DNA from: Myxococcota bacterium
GTDB taxonomy: Bacteria > Myxococcota_A > UBA796 > SXON01
Direction: 5' to 3'
Assembly (NCBI GenBank): GCA_040386535.1
Contig: JAZKFH010000042.1
Location: 195,935 to 259,934, forward strand
DNA: 64,000 nucleotides
A program made the position numbers and the translations under genes. The stretch's first letter is position 1. Every line of letters begins with the position of its first letter. Positions 1 through 7,730 of this stretch are shown here, piece after piece. The notes below the pieces were generated by a model, which was not told the origin of the DNA, made no database searches, and saw only the letters and a list, made by a program, of their open reading frames with translations.

Positions 1-1
1 C

Positions 2-724
2 GCGAGCGCCGCGAGCTGCGAGGGCGCGGAGAAGCCCCAGGTCGTCATCGAGGGGCGCCACCAGGGCGGCTGGCTCTACCTCGACTGCCGGGACAACGGC
101 GCCGGCTACTCGGTCGACGTGCAGTCCCGCCTGACCGACCTGCCCTACCTCGCCGCCCAGCCCGGCTTCGCCTCGCTCTACCTCGGGCTCGCGCGCGAGT
201 CGTTGCGTCTCGCCGGCGGCAACCTCGAGATCGACACCGCGGCGGGCACCGGCGCCCGTGTGCGCGTCAGCTTCCCCGCGGCCGACGCGACGGTGGCGGT
301 CCAATCCGTCGAGGTCCCCCGCGCCCAGACCGGGCTGCGCGGCCGCGTCCTGCTGGTCGAGGATGACGACCTGCTGCGCCGCGCGCTCGAGCGGCACCTG
401 GGCGAGGTGCACGGGGTCGACAGCCACGCCACCATCGCCGAGGCCCTGGGTGACCTCGCCACCGGCCAGTACGACGCCGCCGTGTTGAGCTTCCCCCGCC
501 CCGAGAGCTTCGGCCTGCGCCTGCTCGCCCGCTTCGCAGAGACCGCGCCCGCGCTGACCCGCAACGCGGTCGTCATGATCCCGCCCGGGCTGAAGCACAC
601 CACCCGCGAGCGGCTCGTGTCACAAGGCTGGGTCGTGTTGGCGCGCCCGGTCGACTTCACGACGCTGCGGTCGGTGCTGCTGAGGCTGATGCCGACCGAG
701 GAGCTGGCGCTGGGCGAGGGGTAG
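2..724 (+). CDS. C-terminal part of a histidine-kinase-like ATPase + receiver-domain protein (5' end outside window; degenerate motifs)
   Basis: Frame is open from base 2. It has the HATPase-type 'LDCRDNGAG' and 'GTGARVRVSFP', then a receiver-like 'RVLLVEDDDLLR' domain. Confidence 0.75.
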   Translation, partial: ASAASCEGAEKPQVVIEGRHQGGWLYLDCRDNGAGYSVDVQSRLTDLPYLAAQPGFASLYLGLARESLRLAGGNLEIDTAAGTGARVRVSFPAADATVAVQSVEVPRAQTGLRGRVLLVEDDDLLRRALERHLGEVHGVDSHATIAEALGDLATGQYDAAVLSFPRPESFGLRLLARFAETAPALTRNAVVMIPPGLKHTTRERLVSQGWVVLARPVDFTTLRSVLLRLMPTEELALGEG

Positions 725-814
725 ACCGGGCCGCGGTCGGCGCCGCGCTGGTCTCCACGACCGCGGAGAGTTGGCAGGCGCCGGGCACCGCGGCCCACGC
801 CGGTCGCCCACCTC

Positions 815-2464
815 TCAGAACGCCGGGCCCAACTCTGTCGCGCCGGTGCTCAACACGAGGTCGTCCGGGCCCACGTACACCGGGCGCTGTTCGTTCTTGC
901 CGACGCGGCGCAGGGCGCGGGCGACGTAGGCCTGGGCCTCGGCGGCGGTCACCTTGCGATCACGCGTGCCGTCGAGCTCGCCGTCGGCCCAGCCGCGCAG
1001 GGCCCCCACCGCGTAGTAGGTGAACGCGCCGTGATCGGTGTCGGGGAGCGGGCCGGAGATCTGGTCGGGCCCGGCCGCGTTCCATTGGGCGCCGCCGACG
1101 TTGGCACCGCCCGATTGGGGCGCGAGCGCGTAGGCGGGGACGACGAGGCGGGTGCCACCCACGATGGAGGCCCCGGATCGGCCGGCGCCGACGTAGCACG
1201 TATCGAGCACGAGCAGCGGTTTGGCACCCGCGGCGCGAACCAACTGTTCGATCTCGGACACCCCGACGCCCCGGGTGGAGAACGCGGCGAGGTCGGCGCG
1301 CACGTCGTCCCCGAGCAACATTCGCTCGCCGGTGCGCGGGTTCGCGGCGCCGTGCCCGGCGAAGTACACCCAGACGGTGCCCCCCTTGCCGGCCTCGCTC
1401 GCGGCGCGCTCGACCGCGGCGAGGATCTGCTCGCGGGCGCCGGTCTTGAGCGTCTGGATGTTCTGCATCGGGACGCCGCGGGTGTAGACGAGCAGGTCGT
1501 CGAACGCATCTGCGTCACGCCGGGCCGAGGGCACGCCCGAGCCCAGGAACGGGTAGTCTTCGAGGCCGATGACGACGGCGCTCTCGTTCGGGGCCTTGGC
1601 GCCGGTGCGGACGGGGCTGTCGAGCGAAGGGTAGCGGGGGCCGGCGGGGGTTGCGACGACGGGGGTTGCGACGGTGGGAGGCACGACGACGGGCTTGGTC
1701 GCGGGCGCAGCGACGGGCGGCGCCGAGGGCGTCAGCAGGAGGTCCGCGAGCCGGGTGCTCGTCTTCCGGGGGACCTCAGCGGGGGGGACCGCGGCGGGGG
1801 GGGCCTCGGCGGGCGGGATCTTCGGGTCGAACGAGAGGCTGCGGTAGATGCTGTACTCGTCCTCCTCCTCGGCGACCGCGTCCTGCGTCTCGTTGCCGGG
1901 GCCCGCGCGGAGGCGCCCCACCCGCGCACCCGCGTTGTTTCGGAACCAGGTGTTCACCGCGGTCGGCACCGACGAGTCGTGGCTGATGTCGAGCGTGTCG
2001 AGGCCGCCGCCCGCGTCGTAAGCGGCGTGGACGTAGACGCCCCGGCCGTCGTGCCAGTACGCGCCCCACCCGTCGTCGACATGCGGCTCGCCGAGCAGGC
2101 CCGCCACCTCGCGCTCGCCCATCCCCCACCGCACGCCGAACGGCAGCGTGCCCTCGTAGCGCCCCGCGGGGCAGTCGTAGGACGCCTCGTCCTGGTCGTG
2201 CAGCCGGACACGCGTGACGATGTCGCTCACGGCGAGGCAGACGCCCGCGCCCTTCGCGCTGAAGTCGAAGAACGCGTTCGGGGTCTTGCGGAGGCGCGCC
2301 GTCTTGACGAAACGCGCGGCCGGCCCCTCGTAGATCGGCGTGCCGAGCAGCTCGTAGAGGGCGTCCCCCTCGATGACGGACGACGCGCCCTGGGAGGCCG
2401 ACGGCGGCCGGCTCGTGTCGGGGGTCTGCGCGAAGCCCACGGCCGAAAACGCGAAGAGGAGCAT
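815..2464 (-). CDS. Exported caspase-family (peptidase C14-like) protein
   Basis: Signal-like 'MLLFAFSAVGFAQ' and a Pro/Ala/Thr-rich linker. C-terminal caspase-hemoglobinase motifs 'AVVIGLEDY', 'YFAGHG' (His) and 'VLDTCYVG' (Cys), plus 'HGAFTYY'. Confidence 0.85.
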   Translation of the reverse strand: MLLFAFSAVGFAQTPDTSRPPSASQGASSVIEGDALYELLGTPIYEGPAARFVKTARLRKTPNAFFDFSAKGAGVCLAVSDIVTRVRLHDQDEASYDCPAGRYEGTLPFGVRWGMGEREVAGLLGEPHVDDGWGAYWHDGRGVYVHAAYDAGGGLDTLDISHDSSVPTAVNTWFRNNAGARVGRLRAGPGNETQDAVAEEEDEYSIYRSLSFDPKIPPAEAPPAAVPPAEVPRKTSTRLADLLLTPSAPPVAAPATKPVVVPPTVATPVVATPAGPRYPSLDSPVRTGAKAPNESAVVIGLEDYPFLGSGVPSARRDADAFDDLLVYTRGVPMQNIQTLKTGAREQILAAVERAASEAGKGGTVWVYFAGHGAANPRTGERMLLGDDVRADLAAFSTRGVGVSEIEQLVRAAGAKPLLVLDTCYVGAGRSGASIVGGTRLVVPAYALAPQSGGANVGGAQWNAAGPDQISGPLPDTDHGAFTYYAVGALRGWADGELDGTRDRKVTAAEAQAYVARALRRVGKNEQRPVYVGPDDLVLSTGATELGPAF

Positions 2465-2572
2465 GCGGACAGAGTGGCCGGTCCCCGCCTCGGACGCAAG
2501 GGAATGCCCTCCGTGTCCCGGCGGTGTCCAGGTGAGTGGGCGCCGCCGCGCCGACGCGCTACCGGGCGCCTC

Positions 2573-3712
2573 ATGCTCCCGCGCACCTCCCCTCCCCTCG
2601 CCCCCGTGGCCCTCGCCGGCCTCGCCCTCGCCGCCCTCGTCCTCGGTGGCGCCTGCACCGACGCCCACGCCGCGCGTCGTAAGGCAAAGCCGACTGACGG
2701 CATCACCGTCGTGGCGCCCAAGTCGCTGTACCTGCGCAACGCGTTCGACACCGACCCGTCGTTGTACATCGGCCGCTTCCTCGACGAGGGGCTCCCGCTC
2801 GACCAGCTCGACGAGGCCGCGGGCATGCAGAAGTCGTGCTCCCGGTTCGTGAAGTACAAGACCGTGGGCGGCGGCGGCGTCGTGTACGACGAGTACTACA
2901 ACGCCTCGACCACCGCGAGCTTGAGCGCCCAGATCCCCGAGATCGCCACGGTCGCCGTGGGCGGCGGCGTCGGGCGCACGGTGCGGGTCAAGTACCAACT
3001 CGACACGAAAATGGTGTCGTACATCGACGACCCGGGCGCGTTCGAGGCGTGCTGCATGCGCGCGCCCGACCAATGCAGCAGCCGCTACATCGGCGAGTTC
3101 CTCTCCGGCACCGGCGCGGTGTACTTCGGCTCGGGCCGCCAGATCGGCGCGGACATCGGCATCGACGCGGTGATCCCCGGCCTGGACACCAAGGTGTTCC
3201 CCAAGCTGGAGGTGAAGGACGCCCAGACCTGGGAGCGCTCGATCGCGTTCACCCAGCCGGTCTACTTCGCGTTCAAGCTGTACCCGAACAGCTTCGTCGG
3301 CAAGCTCCCCGATTGGTCGTGTGACAGCACCGAGGTGCCACGCTCCTCGCTCGGCTACTACTTCGTGGGGGTGTCCAACGTGCAGGACACCGCGCAGCTG
3401 GCGCGGGACGAGGCCGCGCAGAACGCGCGCAAACAGGTGGTCCAGTTCCTCGGCGAGCAGGTGACCACCGGCGCCGCCACCGTGACCTCCACCAGCGGCA
3501 GCGCCGCTGAGCTCGGCACCCAGCTCGCCAGCGCCTCGTTCGTGACCACCGCCGCGGAGGGGCTCGCCCGCTACGTGCAGGTGGTGAAGGAGTGTCCGGC
3601 CCAGGTTGCCATGCCGACCGGCTACTCCCACACGTCGCGGGTGTTGGGTTTCGTGCCCGAAGCGTCGGTGGCCGAGGTCACCACCCTCCTGGTGCAGCAG
3701 GTCGGACAGTAA
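2573..3712 (+). CDS. Exported/lipoprotein; N-terminal gasdermin-like beta domain (tentative) + C-terminal LPP20-like domain
   Basis: Hydrophobic signal ending 'LGGAC/AHA'. C-terminal 'PDW...YFVGVS...ARDEAAQNARKQV' is typical of LPP20-like domains. High-GC3 coding frame. Confidence 0.7.
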   Translation: MLPRTSPPLAPVALAGLALAALVLGGACTDAHAARRKAKPTDGITVVAPKSLYLRNAFDTDPSLYIGRFLDEGLPLDQLDEAAGMQKSCSRFVKYKTVGGGGVVYDEYYNASTTASLSAQIPEIATVAVGGGVGRTVRVKYQLDTKMVSYIDDPGAFEACCMRAPDQCSSRYIGEFLSGTGAVYFGSGRQIGADIGIDAVIPGLDTKVFPKLEVKDAQTWERSIAFTQPVYFAFKLYPNSFVGKLPDWSCDSTEVPRSSLGYYFVGVSNVQDTAQLARDEAAQNARKQVVQFLGEQVTTGAATVTSTSGSAAELGTQLASASFVTTAAEGLARYVQVVKECPAQVAMPTGYSHTSRVLGFVPEASVAEVTTLLVQQVGQ

Positions 3713-3713
3713 C

Positions 3714-4934
3714 GTGCGGCTCCGCGCGCCCGGTGTGTGGTCGATCGGCGTGCTGCTGACGCTCGGCCTCGTGGGTGCGGCCCCTCCCAAGGCCCCCGCG
3801 GCGCCCGCCACGTGCGAGAGCGTCCCGCCGGGCAAGAACCAATACCGGCTGGCCGTCGGGTATGCCCCCTCCCGTGGCAACACCCCCATCCAACGGAACG
3901 TGGCATTGGCTGCGGCGCGCGCAAGCGCCGAACGCCAGCTCTCGGATCAGCTGTGCGCCGTGCTCCCCGCCGAGGCGTGCGCCCGGTACCGGGGCTACAT
4001 CCAGCCGTGGCAGCCGCCCGGTGTCTACGATCCCGACACGCGGCAGGCGTGCGCCACCGCCGTGGTCGACGCGTGGCTGCTCCAGCCCGACGCGCTCCGT
4101 CGGGAGGCAGAAGCCGCCATGAGCCAGCTCGCCGATGGGCTCGGCGCCTCGCTCGGCAAGGAGGGTGTGCAGCTCGGGAGCCTCCAACGGTCGGACGGGT
4201 GCGCGGTCCCCGAGCTCGACCCGGCGCGCATGTGGGTGCGGTCCCGCCTCGCCGCGGCCAACGTCCCCGTGTACGGCGCGGACGCGCCCGCCGACATCCC
4301 CACGCTCGACCTGCTCGCCACCGTGGCCGCGGGCACGGTCACCCTCGGCGCGACCGTGCACCACGCCGACGGCCGCGAGACCGGGGTCGATCCGGTCCGC
4401 TTCTCGGCCGCCGCCTACGCCGTCCCCGAGGCGAGCGTGTGCGCCGCGGGGCTCGCGGGGCGCCAGAGCCCCGGCGTCAAGCTCGAGATCGACACCCGCG
4501 GCGGCGCGCTGTGTGACGGCCAGCCGTTCGAGCCCCGGCTCACCGTCGATGTCCCGAGCCGCGTGCACGTGTACAGCGTGGCTCCCGACGGCTCCGCGTG
4601 GCATGTCTGGCCCGAGCCCGACGGCACCGGCATCGTCGCGAGCACAGTGTCGCTCGGAACCTCCTACGCCACCGCCCCCATCGTGCCCGGGGACGAGCTG
4701 CTCGTCGCGATCGTCATGCCCGCCCAAGCGCCCTTCACCGCGCTCGACGGCGTGAGCGGCTTCTGTCGCCTGGCCGGGCCCCTCACCCCCGCCCGCCTGC
4801 CCGCCGGCGCGCGCGTGGCGCCCGCGTCGTGGCACATCGACACCCGCCCCGGTGCGTGCGGCCCCCCCGTCGCCGGCCAGCCCACGGTGGCCGAGCTCGC
4901 GGCGGCGTTCGCGGCGGCGCCGGTTTGTCGGTGA
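3714..4934 (+). CDS. Exported protein with LPP20-like N-terminus and DUF4384-like C-terminal domain
   Basis: GTG 1 nt after the upstream stop and a signal peptide. 'YRLAVGYA...ALAAARASAERQL' at the N-terminus; 'RLTVDVPSRVHVYSVAPDGSAWHVWP...GDELLVAIV' matches the DUF4384 pattern. Confidence 0.7.
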   Translation: MRLRAPGVWSIGVLLTLGLVGAAPPKAPAAPATCESVPPGKNQYRLAVGYAPSRGNTPIQRNVALAAARASAERQLSDQLCAVLPAEACARYRGYIQPWQPPGVYDPDTRQACATAVVDAWLLQPDALRREAEAAMSQLADGLGASLGKEGVQLGSLQRSDGCAVPELDPARMWVRSRLAAANVPVYGADAPADIPTLDLLATVAAGTVTLGATVHHADGRETGVDPVRFSAAAYAVPEASVCAAGLAGRQSPGVKLEIDTRGGALCDGQPFEPRLTVDVPSRVHVYSVAPDGSAWHVWPEPDGTGIVASTVSLGTSYATAPIVPGDELLVAIVMPAQAPFTALDGVSGFCRLAGPLTPARLPAGARVAPASWHIDTRPGACGPPVAGQPTVAELAAAFAAAPVCR

Positions 4935-4953
4935 GGCGGCTGCGCTGGTCGGG

Positions 4954-6042
4954 TCAGCCCCTGGAGCGCCGGCGGTAGACCATCCCCAGCACCACGAGCA
5001 CCCAAGCGGCACTACCGCCCGGCGCGCCCACGTTGCACCCACAAGTCGCAGGTTCTTCCTCGGGGGTACCGGTGTCGGGCACGTCGGTGTCGTCGGTGTC
5101 CTCCGGCACGTCGGTGTCCTCCGGGACATCGGTGTCCTCCGGCTCGGTGACCGTGAACGCCCCCACCAACGTGGCGGACTCCCCGTCCACGTTGGTGACC
5201 ATGACATCGTGGACGCCGACCGGGAGGCCCGACGGGGAGCGGCCCGTCATTTGGGTGCCATCGAGCTCCGTCGGGGCGCTGATGGCCAGGCCACCAATCG
5301 TCGCGAGCGTGTTGTCCCCGAAGCCGCCGCCGGAGAGGGTCACCTCCGCCGCGTGCCCGAGCTCCGTCGTCGCGGGCGTGATGCCGGAGAGCACGAGGGG
5401 GACGGGCTCGTCGTAGCCCGAGAGCGCGCGGATGACCCAGCTGCCCTCGGCGCCCAGGTCGGCCAGGGCATGCACCCCGCTGTCGTCCGAGAGCCAGCTG
5501 CCCCCACTGGGGGCTTCGGTGTCGATGACGAGGCCGGAGGTGTCCGTGGCGAGGTCCGCGTACGGCCACACGCCCGGGTATTTCGTGTCATTTGGATCGG
5601 GCGCACACACCCAGATGGCGATGTCGCCCGCCTCGACGGTGAGCGGGTACAGCCCACGCTCCGGATCGTCGAGCGAGAGCGCGTTGAATTGGTCGGAGGC
5701 GACCGTCACCTGGAATGGCGCCTCGGGGAGCGCCCAGTCCGAGCCGCCGGGCAGGTGAACCGCCTCGCCCTCCTCCAAGATGTCGATGCCCATCGTCAGG
5801 GTCGTGACGTCGTGGTCCTGGTTGCCCTGGGAGCTGCCGAGGAACACGAGGACGGTGTGGAGGACGATGGGGTAGGCCTCGGGAGGCGGATCCAGCACGA
5901 TGCCCGCACACTCCGGGTACCCGAGCCAGGCGACATGGTCGGTGGGCCCGAACGCGTCGTCGTACGCCGTGTCGTTGCGGTGGACGACCTCGGCGCCGAG
6001 GGCGGGTTGTGCGACGGCGAGGGAGAGGAGGAGTGCGTGCAT
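4954..6042 (-). CDS. IPT/TIG-domain surface protein with EDTD repeats and MYXO-CTERM tail
   Basis: Signal peptide and the IPT motif 'LSGITP...VTLSGGGF...GVHDVMVTNVDG'. Tail 'CGCNVGAPGGSAAWVLVVLGMVYRRRSRG'. Confidence 0.8.
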   Translation of the reverse strand: MHALLLSLAVAQPALGAEVVHRNDTAYDDAFGPTDHVAWLGYPECAGIVLDPPPEAYPIVLHTVLVFLGSSQGNQDHDVTTLTMGIDILEEGEAVHLPGGSDWALPEAPFQVTVASDQFNALSLDDPERGLYPLTVEAGDIAIWVCAPDPNDTKYPGVWPYADLATDTSGLVIDTEAPSGGSWLSDDSGVHALADLGAEGSWVIRALSGYDEPVPLVLSGITPATTELGHAAEVTLSGGGFGDNTLATIGGLAISAPTELDGTQMTGRSPSGLPVGVHDVMVTNVDGESATLVGAFTVTEPEDTDVPEDTDVPEDTDDTDVPDTGTPEEEPATCGCNVGAPGGSAAWVLVVLGMVYRRRSRG

Positions 6043-6204
6043 GGGGCACGGTACCACGGGGGCGGCGACGGGTCGCGGGTATGCACGCTTGGATGGGGCC
6101 TTGGGCAACGTCGACCGGGGCCTCCGGGTTTTCCAGTCGGCTTGGGGAGGCGGAGCGGATCCAGGATTTTTCCGTGTCCTTCCTGCCTATACTTCTGCAT
6201 TCCT

Positions 6205-6456
6205 CTATTCCTGCCTTCCTGATTTTCCGGCTCCGAGGCCCATGGCTTCTGTCACCTTCTGATCCAGCTGGTACTCCTGGGCGAGCTCGCGGAGCGCCGC
6301 CCTCTCAAGCTCACTTACGACGATCTCGAACTCGTAGAGGTTGTCGACGATCATTTCCAGCGCGAGACGACCTTCGCCGTGGTCCAGCAACGACAGCAGG
6401 GATGCCCCCCTCTCGTGGGGGAGACGGGAAGCGAGGTCGTGGAGTGTCTGCGCCAT
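6205..6456 (-). CDS. MafI-family-like immunity protein (83 aa)
   Basis: 'RLP...DHGEGRLALEMIVDNLYEFEIVVS..E...LRELA' matches the MafI immunity consensus as I recall it (E..LALE.L.D.LYE..I.IS). Confidence 0.6.
   Translation of the reverse strand: MAQTLHDLASRLPHERGASLLSLLDHGEGRLALEMIVDNLYEFEIVVSELERAALRELAQEYQLDQKVTEAMGLGAGKSGRQE
6206..6235 (+). repeat. Dispersed pyrimidine-rich repeat, copy A
   Basis: tattcctgccttcctgattttccggctccg is 29/30 identical to 14250-14279. Confidence 0.85.
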
Positions 6457-6811
6457 TCGGAGCGGGCACTTAGCCGATGTAAAGCCCCTCGCAGCCCGAG
6501 CAGCCGCAAAGATGCCGACCCTGCAGGTCCAGCACCGCAAGGCCCCCGAGCCGGCAGCTCCTGCACCACCCGCGGCGGATGCAGCTCCGCCCCCGCCGAC
6601 CACCGCTCGCCCACGACCGCCGGAGCCCCCGCGCCCCTCGGCCGGGCGACCCCCGCGAGCAAAAGCGTCCCGCCCCTTACACCCGGGCCCGCGGCGAGCA
6701 CGTTTTTGCCGGCCCGCCGTATAGTCCCCAGGCGTCATCCGACGCGCCGACCGCTACCCCGATCGGGCGCCGTACCCCCCGGGTACACTACGAAACGAGA
6801 CGGAGTTTCAC

Positions 6812-7696
6812 ATGCGCACCTTCCTCGCCCTGCTCTCGATCGCCGCCGGCGCCGGTTGCTCGAACGTCGACAGCATCCAGAAGGGAGATGTGGACGACGA
6901 CACGGGCGGCCTCGCCGAGACGGACAGCGCGTCGGACACGGACAGCGCGGCCGACTCCGACACCGACACCGATGCCGACACGGACGCCGATTCGGATGCC
7001 GACTCCGACACGGACTCCGACACGGATGCCGACACCGACTCCGACACGGATGCGGACACGGACTCCGACACCGATGCGGACACCGACTCCGACACGGATG
7101 CGGACACGGACTCCGACACCGATGCGGACACCGACTCCGACACGGATGCGGACACCGACTCCGACACCGAGAGCCTCATCGTCGCCGACTCGGTGGCCGA
7201 ATTCTCCGGCGTCCAGGGGAGCGACGGGTGGTACTACGGCTACGTCGAGCCCAGCACCAGCCCCGACTGGATCGAGATGTCGTCGTACCTGTCGGGCGTC
7301 ACCACGCCGGGCTGGTACAGCGATCCGTCGCAGTACTGGACCTCCATCGCGGACGACGCCGCGCACCCCAACGGCCTGGTCACCTCCGAGGGCCGCAGCC
7401 CGATGGAGCAGTGGGCGGTCCGCCGCTGGGTGAGCGACCAGGTGGGCGTGTTGCACGTGGCGTCGCACATCGCGAAGGTGTACGAGGACGGCACCACCAA
7501 CGGCGTCGAGGCGCGCATCCTGGTAGACGGGACCGAGGTTTCGAGCTCGCACATCCAGGGGTGGGACATCGTCGGAGTGGACGAGAAGGTCGATGTCGTG
7601 GTCCTCATGGGCAGCACCATCGACTTCGTCCTGGATCCGTACGAAGCGCAGGATCTCTCCGACCGCACCACGTGGACGATCATCATCTCGAGGTAG
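6812..7696 (+). CDS. Lipoprotein with long (DTDADTDS)n acidic repeat and C-terminal beta domain
   Basis: RBS 'ggag', lipobox-like 'AAGAGC', and 24-bp tandem repeats encoding DTDADTDS at about 6950-7168. Confidence 0.85.
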   Translation: MRTFLALLSIAAGAGCSNVDSIQKGDVDDDTGGLAETDSASDTDSAADSDTDTDADTDADSDADSDTDSDTDADTDSDTDADTDSDTDADTDSDTDADTDSDTDADTDSDTDADTDSDTESLIVADSVAEFSGVQGSDGWYYGYVEPSTSPDWIEMSSYLSGVTTPGWYSDPSQYWTSIADDAAHPNGLVTSEGRSPMEQWAVRRWVSDQVGVLHVASHIAKVYEDGTTNGVEARILVDGTEVSSSHIQGWDIVGVDEKVDVVVLMGSTIDFVLDPYEAQDLSDRTTWTIIISR

Positions 7697-7730
7697 ATGG
7701 TCGCGGCATGCAGATGCCCTCGCACCTCTC

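Noticed and set aside
2465..3889. N-terminal extension making the caspase ORF 1024 aa (likewise extensions of ORFs ending at 32359, 35974, 58398)
   Set aside because: The extensions overlap real genes on the other strand or repeats. Signal peptides or family N-termini mark the shorter starts.
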